DNA from: Acidimicrobiales bacterium
GTDB lineage: Bacteria; Actinomycetota; Acidimicrobiia; Acidimicrobiales; Ilumatobacteraceae
Assembly (NCBI GenBank): GCA_030827545.1
Contig: JAUREG010000006.1
Span: forward strand, 87-64,086
Reading direction: 5' to 3'
DNA length: 64,000 bases
Part shown: positions 40,470-50,748 of the stretch, one piece after another
Layout of the letters: each line of letters opens with the position of its first letter
Numbering within the stretch: the stretch's first letter is position 1
The notes under the pieces: generated by a model
Told to the model about the DNA's origin: nothing
Database searches by the model: none
The model's input: the letters and a program-made list of their open reading frames with translations, nothing else
Program-made: the position numbers and the translations under genes

Positions 40470-41541
40470 CGTCAATTAGTCGCAGCGCGACTTCGTTGGC
40501 AAGCAAACGTCCGGCCCGAGTCAAAACGATTCGATCATCTTGGCGATCAAGCAACTCGCTCATTTCGTCAAGATCAACCTCGCTAAACGAACCAAGTGGT
40601 ACACCCTCACGGGTTCGCACCAACAACTGCAACATCTCGCGCTTGCTCGTTTGGGCATCAAGCGTCTCGCTCGACGACTCTGGTGACTCGCCAGCATTAA
40701 CTAACTCGATATATCTATCTGGTGTGCGAACATTCCACCAACGTCGGCCGTTCAAATGTGCATGGGCCGCACTGCCAAAACCCTCGTAATTGCCTTGTTG
40801 CCAATAAAGCGAATTGTGTTTGCATTCATGACCGGGCTTGGCCCAATTTGAAATCTCATAATTTTGCAAGCCGTGTGCCGACAATGCGTCGTCGCACAAC
40901 AAATATTTATCTGCTTGATCATCGTCATCTGGGTGACGGTCAGGTTGCGTTGCCAGAGCCGTGTTTGCTTCAACTGTCAGGCCGTACGCAGAAACATGCG
41001 GAGGATCAAGAGCGACTACATCATGTAGTGTCCGCGACCAGTCATCAAGGGTTTCACCTGCAGCACCGTAAATTATGTCGAGATTAAACGTCTCAAACCC
41101 TGCTTGGCGCACGCAAGATACCGAGCGTTGCACATTTTCTGGGTTATGCGTTCGGCCGAGCGACTTTAAAACGTGATCGACAGTCGACTGCACACCGATG
41201 CTGATGCGATTTACCCCGCCCGCACGATATGTCTGCATCATCTCAAGAGTGATGTCGTCGGGGTTGCACTCAACCGTCACCTCGCAGCCAACTGCAAGCG
41301 GAATCTCCGCCAGCACGCTCATCAACTCTGCGGCAGGCACAAGAGTCGGTGTGCCACCGCCAATAAACACGCTCGTTGCGCGAGGCATCGAACTTGACAC
41401 GCTGCGCCTAATGTGCGTGCGGAGAGCGGCCAAATAATCTGTCGTCAGTTGGTGTCGGTCGGTGAACGTTGCAAAAGCGCAATAGTCGCACTTTTTTGCG
41501 CAAAATGGAATATGAATGTAGACACCAAATCCAGGGTGCAT
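40462..41541 (-). CDS. hemW: radical SAM heme chaperone HemW (HemN-like, oxygen-independent coproporphyrinogen oxidase family)
   Basis: IHIPFCAKKCDYCAF CxxxCxxC motif. 359 aa with a HemN_C domain. Confidence 0.88.
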   Translation of the reverse strand: MHPGFGVYIHIPFCAKKCDYCAFATFTDRHQLTTDYLAALRTHIRRSVSSSMPRATSVFIGGGTPTLVPAAELMSVLAEIPLAVGCEVTVECNPDDITLEMMQTYRAGGVNRISIGVQSTVDHVLKSLGRTHNPENVQRSVSCVRQAGFETFNLDIIYGAAGETLDDWSRTLHDVVALDPPHVSAYGLTVEANTALATQPDRHPDDDDQADKYLLCDDALSAHGLQNYEISNWAKPGHECKHNSLYWQQGNYEGFGSAAHAHLNGRRWWNVRTPDRYIELVNAGESPESSSETLDAQTSKREMLQLLVRTREGVPLGSFSEVDLDEMSELLDRQDDRIVLTRAGRLLANEVALRLIDAI

Positions 41542-41546
41542 GATAT

Positions 41547-42074
41547 TTAACTCTGTGTTGTCGGCGGCACAAACAACAAATCAAGTTCAGCAAGTTTGGC
41601 GCCAACTTCATCGACGGCAATGTCAAGCATCACAGCAATAGCCCGCGTGTCGTGTGCACGCACGGTTATAACTTTGCCGTTGAAATCTTGTCGCTGCACT
41701 TGAATCATCCTCAAGAAACGCTCAAGCATCTTGAATTCAATGCCTTCGCGCGTCGAGAGTTTTGCCACGTCAATTCGAAGTTTCGTTGGGGCCGAAGCAC
41801 CCGGCTGATTGTCTTCAACTCGCAATGGGTCGCGCGGCAAAAGTTGATCGATCGTCACACCATAAAACTTGGCCAGGCGTTCGAGGCGTGGCACTGAAAT
41901 TGCTCGCTCACCGCGTTCGTAAGCGCCAAGCACTGACGCTTTGAATTCTTCGTTCGACTTAATCTCGACCTCGCTAAGAGACAACTTCTTTTGTGAGCGA
42001 ATCGATCTCAGGCGCTCACCCACCATCCGTGAAAACGGAGACTGCTCAAGCATCTCGTCGTCAGATGGGCTCAT
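41547..42074 (-). CDS. BldD-like XRE-family transcriptional regulator
   Basis: The N-terminal HTH aligns to remembered Streptomyces BldD (GERLRSIRSQKKLSLSEVEIKS..VLGAYERGERAISVPRLERLAKFYGVTIDQLLP). The C-terminal domain contains IQVQRQDFNGKVITVRAHD, i.e. RxD-X8-RxxD. Confidence 0.75.
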   Translation of the reverse strand: MSPSDDEMLEQSPFSRMVGERLRSIRSQKKLSLSEVEIKSNEEFKASVLGAYERGERAISVPRLERLAKFYGVTIDQLLPRDPLRVEDNQPGASAPTKLRIDVAKLSTREGIEFKMLERFLRMIQVQRQDFNGKVITVRAHDTRAIAVMLDIAVDEVGAKLAELDLLFVPPTTQS

Positions 42075-42081
42075 TGTCGGT

Positions 42082-42762
42082 TCAACTTCCTTTATTTCGG
42101 TAACTCGACATTAGAACAGCTGCACTAATCGCCGCAGTTTCTGCTCGCAAAATTGTGTCACCAAGCGAAACGACACCTTTGCCAGCAGAGATTTCTTCTT
42201 GTGTGAAACCACCTTCAGGCCCAATTGCAATCGTTCGATGCGACTCGTTCAAAACTTCGCCAGTCGGGTCGGCGATAAATGCATCGCTCAACTGAGTCAG
42301 CGCCACGACATCGCTAACTTTTGGCAACCAAACCCGTCGTGATTGCATTGCCGCCTCACGAGCAATTATTCGCAGTTTCTCCAAATTTTTATTTGCTCGA
42401 CCTGCATCCCATCGCACGACACTGCGAGTCGTTGGTGCCAAAACAATGATCTCATCGATACCAATCTCGGTTAGTTTCTGCACTGTCCACTCAGGTCGAT
42501 CACCTTTGACAATAGAAAATGCGACTTTCAACTGCCACTTGGGTGCTGGCTCTATGGCGACCTCGCTCGTCACCTCAATTTTTGCATCACCATCAACAGA
42601 GCACGTTCGCCATCGACCGCCACCATCTGAGATCGTCACAACATCTCGCGACTTGACCCGCAGAACACGCAATAAGTGATGCGCGTCCACGTCGCCCAAA
42701 ACTGGCGCGTCAATTGAATCTACAAAAACATGTGCCGCTGAGTTACGCAGCGTCGAGATCAC
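42082..42762 (-). CDS. rsmE: 16S rRNA (uracil1498-N3)-methyltransferase
   Basis: 226 aa. HVFVD..., SRDVV, and the C-terminal [17 protein letters not shown] motif. Overlaps the dnaJ stop. Confidence 0.88.
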   Translation of the reverse strand: MISTLRNSAAHVFVDSIDAPVLGDVDAHHLLRVLRVKSRDVVTISDGGGRWRTCSVDGDAKIEVTSEVAIEPAPKWQLKVAFSIVKGDRPEWTVQKLTEIGIDEIIVLAPTTRSVVRWDAGRANKNLEKLRIIAREAAMQSRRVWLPKVSDVVALTQLSDAFIADPTGEVLNESHRTIAIGPEGGFTQEEISAGKGVVSLGDTILRAETAAISAAVLMSSYRNKGS

Positions 42763-43904
42763 GAAAATGCCGACTTAATCTTTGATTTCAATGAAGTGTC
42801 GCTGGCAGCGACTTGCTCGCCACGCTCTTTGGCCAACTGCAACAACAGATCACGCTCTTTTGACGAAAGTTTTTTCGGCACCACAACTTCAATTCGAGCG
42901 CGCAGATCGCCGCGAGTTCGACCTCGGTTACGTCCGCCTTGGTTCAAGTACGGCACGCCACGACCTTTGAGCACATACTCATGACCGTGCTGCACGCCCG
43001 GCGCAACTACCAATGTCTCATCGCCATCAAGAGTCGCCAGCACTAGATCAACGCCAAGTGCAGCCTGAGCAATCGAAACCTGCACGTTCGTCACTAAATC
43101 ATTTTCTTCACGTTGATACATCTCGTGAGGCGCAACCTCAATGTGCACATACAGATCACCGGCTGCACCACCACGCGGACCTACACCGCCGCGACCACTT
43201 ACCCGCATCGTTTGACCGGCCGCAATACCGGCAGGAATATCAATCTCGTGAGTCTGATCTTTGGTCACCCGCCCTTCGCCACGACATTTATTGCACGGTG
43301 ATGCAATAACTTCACCCATGCCGCGACAGCGGCCACAAGGCGTCGTCGTCACCATTTGTCCAAGAATGCTTTGACGCATTCGTCGCACTTGACCCGTGCC
43401 ATTGCACTCAGCGCATGATGTGGCCTTTGTACCCGCAGCCGCACCCGACCCGTCACAATCTTCACAACTCACAGCAGACCTAATCGACACCGAAGTTCGA
43501 CAGCCAAAGACGGCATCGACAAAGTCAATTTCGATTTGCGTTTCTAGATCGGGGCCGCGCTGTGGTCCAGATTGTTGTCGTCCACCTCCGCCAAACGGCG
43601 AATCACCACCAAAAAATGCGTCAAAGATGCTGCCGAAACCGCCTGCGCCACCAAACGGATCTCCGCCGCCACGACCGCCACCAGAAATTCCGGCTTCACC
43701 AAATTGGTCATATCGTGCACGAGTCTCTTCGTCAGACAAAACTTCATATGCACGACTTACAAGTTTGAATTTTTCTTCCGCTTCGGCATTATTCGGGTTC
43801 GCATCAGGGTGCAACTCACGCGCCAACTTGCGATATGCGCGCTTTAATTCTTCTTGACTCGCCCCACGCGACACGCCAAGCAGCTGATAAAAATCTTGCG
43901 CCAT
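42759..43904 (-). CDS. dnaJ: molecular chaperone DnaJ
   Basis: J domain DFYQLLGV...ELHPDANP, a G/F-rich linker, and four CxxCxGxG zinc motifs. Confidence 0.95.
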   Translation of the reverse strand: MAQDFYQLLGVSRGASQEELKRAYRKLARELHPDANPNNAEAEEKFKLVSRAYEVLSDEETRARYDQFGEAGISGGGRGGGDPFGGAGGFGSIFDAFFGGDSPFGGGGRQQSGPQRGPDLETQIEIDFVDAVFGCRTSVSIRSAVSCEDCDGSGAAAGTKATSCAECNGTGQVRRMRQSILGQMVTTTPCGRCRGMGEVIASPCNKCRGEGRVTKDQTHEIDIPAGIAAGQTMRVSGRGGVGPRGGAAGDLYVHIEVAPHEMYQREENDLVTNVQVSIAQAALGVDLVLATLDGDETLVVAPGVQHGHEYVLKGRGVPYLNQGGRNRGRTRGDLRARIEVVVPKKLSSKERDLLLQLAKERGEQVAASDTSLKSKIKSAFS

Positions 43905-43909
43905 TCGAA

Positions 43910-44932
43910 TTAATTTTCGGTCAAACGACGACCAAGTCGGTCGCTAACCAAATCTACGGTCGCCAATGCTTGCGGATAATTCATGCGCGTCGGCCCAAGC
44001 ACACCAACAGTGCCCACTGTTTCACCATCGGCGCGAACCGGCGCCAAGACAACTGAACATGCTGAAAGAGGCTCGACACCGTGCTCAGCACCAATCGCCA
44101 CCGAGACGCCACGGTTCAACATGTCGCGAACAAGCGTGACGACAACGTATTGCTGCTCAAGAGTATGCAAAACATTGCGCACGATTTCTACTGCGTCGAA
44201 TGCCTCAGCCATCTGCGCTACGCCACCGACGTAAAAGTTCTCGTCATTTCGCACGCGGTCGAGGGCCGACAAAACTTTCTCACACAAAGCAGCAACACCC
44301 GCAACGCCTGTTTGTTCTTTGCTCGCCTTTCGATTTGCTTCGCGATGCTCAGCAATATCGCGCAACGGCTTTGTAATCATCAAATTCTGCAGATCTGCAT
44401 TCGCTTTCAAAATCTCATCATCTGTGACTTCGCTCGTTATTTCGATCTGAGCATTTTCGACTGCACCGTTCGACAACACGACAACCACCGTGATGTGATG
44501 ACTCGAAAGTCGAACTAACTGAACCGAGCGCACCACAGCAACTTCGGCAGTCGGCCCAATTACAACTGAGGCATAGTTTGTCAACTGCGCCAACAACATT
44601 GATGTTCGCTGAAGTGTTTCTTCGAGACGAAAGTGCGCAGTTTCAAAAAAACTTCCGACTTTTGCCTGTTCGATTGAGCCAAGCGAACCATTCGGCACCA
44701 AGTTGTCAACAAAGAATCGATAACCCTTGTCGGTTGGTATGCGTCCAGCCGAAGTATGCGGATGCATCAAATAGCCTTCGCGCTCTAAGGCCGCCATATC
44801 GTTGCGAACCGTCGCCGACGAGACCGCTAAATCACGATTATTGGCAATGTGCGCAGAACCCACCGGTTGCGCGGTGGCGATGTATTCCTCTACGACAGCC
44901 CTGAGGATTGCAGTCTTACGATCGTCAAGCAT
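43910..44932 (-). CDS. hrcA: heat-inducible transcription repressor HrcA
   Basis: [26 protein letters not shown] wHTH N-terminus. 340 aa. Located directly upstream of dnaJ. Confidence 0.93.
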   Translation of the reverse strand: MLDDRKTAILRAVVEEYIATAQPVGSAHIANNRDLAVSSATVRNDMAALEREGYLMHPHTSAGRIPTDKGYRFFVDNLVPNGSLGSIEQAKVGSFFETAHFRLEETLQRTSMLLAQLTNYASVVIGPTAEVAVVRSVQLVRLSSHHITVVVVLSNGAVENAQIEITSEVTDDEILKANADLQNLMITKPLRDIAEHREANRKASKEQTGVAGVAALCEKVLSALDRVRNDENFYVGGVAQMAEAFDAVEIVRNVLHTLEQQYVVVTLVRDMLNRGVSVAIGAEHGVEPLSACSVVLAPVRADGETVGTVGVLGPTRMNYPQALATVDLVSDRLGRRLTEN

Positions 44933-44957
44933 TTGCTACTTATCAGGCTACCTAGCG

Positions 44958-46340
44958 TCAGACTACCGAGCGATTGATTTCCCCGCTGATCTTGTAGCGA
45001 CTTAGAGCCTCGTCACGCTCCTGTGAATGGTCGACCATGGGTTCTGGGTATTGCGCAAACAATCCGCCTTCGGGTTGCAACCAAGGTGAGTGCACAAACT
45101 TTTTCGGCACGTCGCGCAACTCAGGTATCCATTCGCGAACGTAATTTCCGTTGGGATCAAATTTCTCACCTTGCAACACGGGGTTGAACACGCGAAAGTA
45201 CGGCGCCGCATCGGTGCCAGTTCCGGCGGTCCATTGCCAGCCGTGATTGTTTGATGCAATATCGCCATCAACTAGATGCTTCATGAAGAACTTCGCACCC
45301 CACTGCCACGGTAAGTGCAAATCTTTAACCAAAAAACTGGCGGCAATCATTCGCACGCGATTATGCATCCAGCCTGTTGCCAACATCTGTCGCATACCGG
45401 CATCAACTATCGGATAACCCGTTTTGCCAGCACACCAAATTTCGAAGCGCTGCTTGGCTTTCGCATCCGTGTCGACTTGCAGGCTGTCCATTTTCGGTTG
45501 AAGATTCTTCCAAGTTGTCTGCGGTTGGTGAAACAACACATCGGCATAAAACTCACGCCAACAAAGTTCACTTCGATAATGATCATGATTCGGGTTGGGC
45601 TCAAGTTCTGCTAACAACTGTCGCGGGTGCACCACGCCAAATCGCAAGTAAACCGACATCTGACTGCAGCCGTCACGATCAGGATTATTTCTCTCCTCTT
45701 TATATTTATCAAGCGCAGTCTCGGCGAAATACTCCCAACGTTTCCACGCTGCTTCTTCGCCCGCTTCAGCAATCTTTGCGGTCAAAATCGGGTCGTCAGG
45801 TATCGCTTCGCTTTTGATCGTAGGTGCGCCATTCCATTTCACATTCGGCTTTTTGACTGGCGCCGACCAGCCGTGCGCCAACCAAACTTTTGAAAACGGA
45901 GTGAACACTGAATACGGCGTTGAGTCGGCTTTTCGCACCGTGCCTGGGTCGACTGCATAAGCCGAACCGACATGATTCAACTTCGCGCCGACTTTTTCAA
46001 GTGATCGAGCAACTTCGACATCACGCTTTTGCCCGTATGGTGCAAAATCTTTCGCAGCAAAAACCTCGGTTGCACCAATTTCTTTGGCAACCTTTGACAC
46101 GATTTCAACTGGGTCACCGACACGCACCACGAGCGCACCACCCGTTGCGCGATTTAAATCACGCAGCGAACGAAATAAAAATGCCAATCTCGGCGCACCC
46201 GACCGTTGCAAAAACATCGGGTCTAAAACGAATAACGGAGTAACCGCCCCAGCTTTGCTCGCCGCAACCAATGCCGGGTTGTCCTCGAGACGCAGATCGC
46301 GCCGAAACCACATCACCGAATTAGAAGAACTATTTGACAT
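44958..46340 (-). CDS. phrB: deoxyribodipyrimidine photolyase (class I CPD type)
   Basis: VMWFRRDLRLEDNPAL, WREFY, TGYPIVDAGMRQL, WMHNRVRMI, and a NNHGWQW-like motif. ATG at 46340; the track allows a TTG at 46355 abutting the upstream stop. Confidence 0.9.
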   Translation of the reverse strand: MSNSSSNSVMWFRRDLRLEDNPALVAASKAGAVTPLFVLDPMFLQRSGAPRLAFLFRSLRDLNRATGGALVVRVGDPVEIVSKVAKEIGATEVFAAKDFAPYGQKRDVEVARSLEKVGAKLNHVGSAYAVDPGTVRKADSTPYSVFTPFSKVWLAHGWSAPVKKPNVKWNGAPTIKSEAIPDDPILTAKIAEAGEEAAWKRWEYFAETALDKYKEERNNPDRDGCSQMSVYLRFGVVHPRQLLAELEPNPNHDHYRSELCWREFYADVLFHQPQTTWKNLQPKMDSLQVDTDAKAKQRFEIWCAGKTGYPIVDAGMRQMLATGWMHNRVRMIAASFLVKDLHLPWQWGAKFFMKHLVDGDIASNNHGWQWTAGTGTDAAPYFRVFNPVLQGEKFDPNGNYVREWIPELRDVPKKFVHSPWLQPEGGLFAQYPEPMVDHSQERDEALSRYKISGEINRSVV

Positions 46341-46355
46341 CTGAACTACGCCCAA

Positions 46356-47549
46356 TCATCTCCAGGCAACAACTGCCACTGCCGCACAAACTAGAGCAAC
46401 AACCCCACCGTATGCCAGTGACCACTCAGGCGAAATTGAGTCTGCGATCAAACCCGTTATCGGCCCACCGATTGGTGTGCTTCCCAAAAATGCAACCGCG
46501 GTCAACGCCAACATTCTTCCGCGCATATCGGGCGGTGATTCTTGTTGACTAATCGCGTTACCCGAGGCAATCATCGCGGCGCCACCAATGCCGAGAGGCA
46601 CGCCCCACAAAAATGCCAGCCACAAGTTCGAAGCAAACGCCATGCCGATGCTTGCTAAACCAAGCAACGCAATATTGCCGACGAACCAGCGCATCGAAAC
46701 TGTTTTTAATCGCGCAGTGAGTAGAGCGCCAGTCAAATTGCCAATGCCAATTACCGACATCACCCAGCCAAACGCACGGTCATCGCCCCAACTCAGGTCT
46801 GCCAATTTCGGCAACGCAACACCAAAGTTGAAAGAAAATGTGCTCACCGCAACATAAACCAAAAACATCGTCATCAAGCGTCGATTGCCGGCGACATATT
46901 TAAACACTTCACGCACAGGCGAACCACCGGCAGGTCGCATAATCGCCGGATACATCTCGCTTTTTCGCAAACCAGTCAGACCGTAAATCATCGCTGCATA
47001 TGAAATACCGTTCAGAATAAACAGCCAACCAGTGCCAAGCGGTCCGACAAGCGCAGTCGCAATTGCCGCACCGAAAATTCGCGAACCTGTCATCACTGCC
47101 GTATTAAGCGACATCGCATTCGGTAAATCAACAGTCGGCACAAGTTCAGTAACTAAACCTCGTCGTGCAGGGTTGTCGAATGCGCCGATAATGCCCAGTA
47201 ATAACGACAGCGCATAGACCATCGGCACACTGATAACGCCCGAAAGATCGAGAACACCGAGCAACAGCGCCTGACCGGCCAAACATGCTTGTGAGATGAT
47301 CGCAATTCGTCGCCGATTGTGCCGATCAGCCAATGCTCCACACCAAGTGCCGAATAACAACATCGGCAAAAACTGAAACGCTACGTTGTAGCCAAGATCG
47401 GCTGCATTTCCCGTCAATCGATAAATCAGCAACGACGAGGCAGTTAGCTGTAACCAACTACCGATGTTCGAAAGAAGCAACCCTGCAAAAAACAAGCGTG
47501 CATTGAAATATTTCAGCGAGCGAAAAACGCTTGCGTGTTTCTCAGCCAC
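46356..47549 (-). CDS. MFS transporter
   Basis: 397 aa with about 12 TM segments and an ALADRHNRRR loop motif. Confidence 0.8.
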   Translation of the reverse strand: MAEKHASVFRSLKYFNARLFFAGLLLSNIGSWLQLTASSLLIYRLTGNAADLGYNVAFQFLPMLLFGTWCGALADRHNRRRIAIISQACLAGQALLLGVLDLSGVISVPMVYALSLLLGIIGAFDNPARRGLVTELVPTVDLPNAMSLNTAVMTGSRIFGAAIATALVGPLGTGWLFILNGISYAAMIYGLTGLRKSEMYPAIMRPAGGSPVREVFKYVAGNRRLMTMFLVYVAVSTFSFNFGVALPKLADLSWGDDRAFGWVMSVIGIGNLTGALLTARLKTVSMRWFVGNIALLGLASIGMAFASNLWLAFLWGVPLGIGGAAMIASGNAISQQESPPDMRGRMLALTAVAFLGSTPIGGPITGLIADSISPEWSLAYGGVVALVCAAVAVVAWR

Positions 47550-47554
47550 GATCG

Positions 47555-49339
47555 TCAGTTATCGAGTTTCAGAGCCGAGATAAACACGTCTCCGGGTATC
47601 TCAACGCGACCGATTGACTTCATTTTCTTCTTGCCCTCTTTTTGCTTCTCAAGCAACTTACGCTTCCGTGAAATATCGCCGCCGTAACACTTGGCCAACA
47701 CGTCTTTGCGCTTTGCTTTCACAGTTTCGCGAGCGATGAACTTGCCGCCGATTGCAGCCTGAATTGGCACATCAAACATCTGACGCGGAATCAACTCTTT
47801 TAGTTTTTCGCACATCCGCTTGCCATAGTCGTACGCTTTTTCGCGGTGCACGATTGTGCTGAATGCGTCTGCGGCGATGCCGTTCAAAAACAAGTCGACT
47901 TTCACCAAGTCAGATTCGCGGTAACCGTGAAGTTCGTAATCGAGACTTGCGTAGCCCTGCGATCGACTCTTCATTTGGTCAAAAAAGTCAACTACTACTT
48001 CTGCCAGTGGCATCAAGTAGTGCATCTCAACGCGCTCGGGTGAAAGATATTCGAGTTTGCCGAGTTCGCCACGACGAGTTTGGCAGAGATCCATCAAAGT
48101 GCCGGTGTAATCCTTTGGCGTAATGATGTCGACTTTGAAATACGGCTCTTCAATCGACTTGATGTAAACAGTTGGCGGTAATTCGCTTGGGTTGTCGCAA
48201 ATTTCTCGACTGCCATCGGTCTTTGTCACCTGATATTGCACCGATGGCGCGGTCGCAATCAACGCCAGGTTGAATTCGCGCTCAAGTCGCTCTTTGACGA
48301 TCTCCATGTGCAACAAACCCAAGAAACCGCATCTAAAACCAAAACCGAGTGCGCCCGACGACTCGGGTAAGTAACTAATCGACGCGTCATTAAGTTTCAA
48401 CTTCTGCAAACTTTCACGCAAAGTTTCGAAATCATCTGCATCAATCGGAAACAGCCCGCAAAACACCATCGGCTTCGGGTCGCTATAGCCGTCAAGTGGC
48501 TTTTCAGCAGGTCGTGATTCGTGAGTTACGGTTTCACCACTTCGCGCCTCGCCCACGTCTTTGATGCCTGCAATCAAATAACCCACTTCGCCGGGCCCGA
48601 GTTCGTCGACTGGCGACGGCACTGGTCGTCGCACGCCCACTTCAAGTGCTTCGTGCACGGCATTAGTTTGCATAAATCGCAACTTCTCGTTGCTGCGCAT
48701 TCGACCGTTCATCACTCGCACAGACGAAACAACACCGCGATATTGGTCGTATTGACTATCGAAAATCAAAGCTTGCAGGGGCGCATCGGCATCACCAGTA
48801 GGTGCCGGAATTTTCTCGATGATTGCATCAAGCAACTCAGGCACACCATCGCCAGTCTTAGCCGAGATGCGCAAAATATCTTCGGCACGAATGCCGAGAA
48901 CTTTTTCGATCTCCATTGCGTATCTATCTGGGTCAGCAGCGGGCAAATCAATTTTGTTCAGGGCAGCAACAATTTCTAAATTGTTTTCAAGCGCCAAATA
49001 ACAGTTCGCCAATGTTTGCGCCTCGATGCCTTGTGCAGCATCAACAACCAAAACAACACCTTCGCAGGCCGCCAAAGAACGACTCACTTCATAACCAAAG
49101 TCGACGTGCCCTGGTGTGTCGATTAGATGCAGCGTGTGGTCCTTCCACGACACGCGAACGTTTTGCGCTTTGATCGTGATGCCTCGTTCACGCTCGAGGT
49201 CCATGCTGTCTAAAAATTGGGCGCGCATTTCACGCGCATCGACCGCTTTGGTCATCTCTAAAATGCGGTCTGAAAGTGTTGATTTACCGTGGTCAATGTG
49301 CGCAATGATCGAAAAATTTCGTATTCGAGATAGTTCCAT
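47555..49339 (-). CDS. lepA: translation elongation factor 4 (LepA)
   Basis: [30 protein letters not shown], and the C-terminal LepA_C block ([16 protein letters not shown]). Confidence 0.96.
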   Translation of the reverse strand: MELSRIRNFSIIAHIDHGKSTLSDRILEMTKAVDAREMRAQFLDSMDLERERGITIKAQNVRVSWKDHTLHLIDTPGHVDFGYEVSRSLAACEGVVLVVDAAQGIEAQTLANCYLALENNLEIVAALNKIDLPAADPDRYAMEIEKVLGIRAEDILRISAKTGDGVPELLDAIIEKIPAPTGDADAPLQALIFDSQYDQYRGVVSSVRVMNGRMRSNEKLRFMQTNAVHEALEVGVRRPVPSPVDELGPGEVGYLIAGIKDVGEARSGETVTHESRPAEKPLDGYSDPKPMVFCGLFPIDADDFETLRESLQKLKLNDASISYLPESSGALGFGFRCGFLGLLHMEIVKERLEREFNLALIATAPSVQYQVTKTDGSREICDNPSELPPTVYIKSIEEPYFKVDIITPKDYTGTLMDLCQTRRGELGKLEYLSPERVEMHYLMPLAEVVVDFFDQMKSRSQGYASLDYELHGYRESDLVKVDLFLNGIAADAFSTIVHREKAYDYGKRMCEKLKELIPRQMFDVPIQAAIGGKFIARETVKAKRKDVLAKCYGGDISRKRKLLEKQKEGKKKMKSIGRVEIPGDVFISALKLDN

Positions 49340-49458
49340 TACGCCGTTTCTCCGAGATTTCGACCATCACACTGACGCCCTAAAAGCATGTGTGAGACGA
49401 TGCCAAATTCTACACGGCTTATGTTTGGCAAGGCCTGACCCGCTGTTAGCCTTGGGGC

Positions 49459-49719
49459 GTGGCAAATATCAAATCGCAAAAAAAGCGCATCATCACAAAC
49501 GCAAAAGCAACTGCTCGCAACAAAGCCGTACGCAGCGAACTTCGCTCACGAGTAAAGAGCGCTCTTGAGACAGCAGGCACACCAGAAAATCAAGAAGCCC
49601 TTCGCCTTGCCGTTAAGCGTCTCGACAAAGCCGCCGCCAAGCGCACGATTCACCCAAAACAAGCTGCTCGCCGCAAGAGCCGCTTGATGCGCAAACTTAA
49701 CGCCGCTTCGGCGAAGTAG
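49459..49719 (+). CDS. rpsT: 30S ribosomal protein S20
   Basis: (M)ANIKSQKKRIITNAKATARNKAVRSELR. GTG start. 86 aa. Confidence 0.93.
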   Translation: MANIKSQKKRIITNAKATARNKAVRSELRSRVKSALETAGTPENQEALRLAVKRLDKAAAKRTIHPKQAARRKSRLMRKLNAASAK

Positions 49720-50746
49720 GTCTAGCCGAGTTACTCGGTCTATTCGTTCTGGTTGACGCCCCCATTCGGCACAACCGAGCAACCAAGATTTCCATCGTTA
49801 GTTCTTCGCCGAGGTCTTTGCCCCCGCGCAAATCAATGTCGGCTCGAGCAAGCAAAGCAATTGCCTGACTAATGCCAGCGCTACCAATTCGACGATATTG
49901 ACTGAGATATTTCTTGCCCTGAAATTCGCTTTTGCCGCCGATCAAAGTTAAGACATCATTCGCACTATGCAACTCTGGGCCATCAAGTCGCATCAACTTC
50001 GAAAAATGCGTATGCAATAGCGCCATCACTTGCAGCGGATGATATTCACCACTTCGTGTCATGCGATGCAACATGTCAATGGCTTTTGCCGAATCGCCAG
50101 CATCTATTGCATCGGTTAAGTCCCATGGCTTGACGCTGCCCGCATAGCCCAAAAATGCCGCAACATCATCACTCGAGAGTTTGCGCGACGTGCCATATGT
50201 CGACACCAAAACATCAATCAACCCAGGCAACCGAGCCTGATCTTCACCCAGCCAGTCAATTATTTGATTCAACGCCATTGGCTCAAGAGTCAAACCCGCC
50301 TCACCAAACCTCTCTAAAAACCAAGTCACTAACTCTTGTCGTTTTGCCGGTGGTGTTGTCGCCATCACCGTCGCACCTGCTCGTTTCAACGCGTCTGAAA
50401 CAGACTTCGCCAACTTGCCAGATGCACTCAGCACCAAGTGCGTGCTGTCGACAGGGTGCTCGAGATACTCGACCAAACTCGAAAGTTCGGCAACTGTTGC
50501 TTCTGAAATTTCTCGAATTACAACAACTCGTTCTTCACCAAAAAGCGACATAGTTTCGGCCGACGAGATTGCACGACGAATTGCGTCTTCGCGTTCTTGC
50601 CCACTCGCCGCTCCTGCATCATGGGTTTCTAAAATCGTGCTGCGGTTTTCATCTGTCGACATCGATTTGATCAGTTCGCGAGTAATGTCACTCACTTTGT
50701 CTGAAACCAATCGCGGATCAGAACCGGTAATCAGATGAATCGTCAC
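49697..50746 (-). CDS. holA: DNA polymerase III delta subunit
   Basis: 349 aa. Conserved position between rpsT and comEC. Delta N-terminus (IHLITGSDPRLV). Convergent 23-nt overlap with rpsT. Confidence 0.8.
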   Translation of the reverse strand: MTIHLITGSDPRLVSDKVSDITRELIKSMSTDENRSTILETHDAGAASGQEREDAIRRAISSAETMSLFGEERVVVIREISEATVAELSSLVEYLEHPVDSTHLVLSASGKLAKSVSDALKRAGATVMATTPPAKRQELVTWFLERFGEAGLTLEPMALNQIIDWLGEDQARLPGLIDVLVSTYGTSRKLSSDDVAAFLGYAGSVKPWDLTDAIDAGDSAKAIDMLHRMTRSGEYHPLQVMALLHTHFSKLMRLDGPELHSANDVLTLIGGKSEFQGKKYLSQYRRIGSAGISQAIALLARADIDLRGGKDLGEELTMEILVARLCRMGASTRTNRPSNSARPTSPKRR

Positions 50747-50748
50747 GC

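Noticed and set aside
44933-44957. Looked for a CIRCE operator (TTAGCACTC-N9-GAGTGCTAA) upstream of hrcA-dnaJ.
   Set aside because: The spacer is only 25 nt and has no such inverted repeat. A by-eye scan of GAGTGC/GCACTC occurrences in the window found no CIRCE-like palindrome. The search was not exhaustive.
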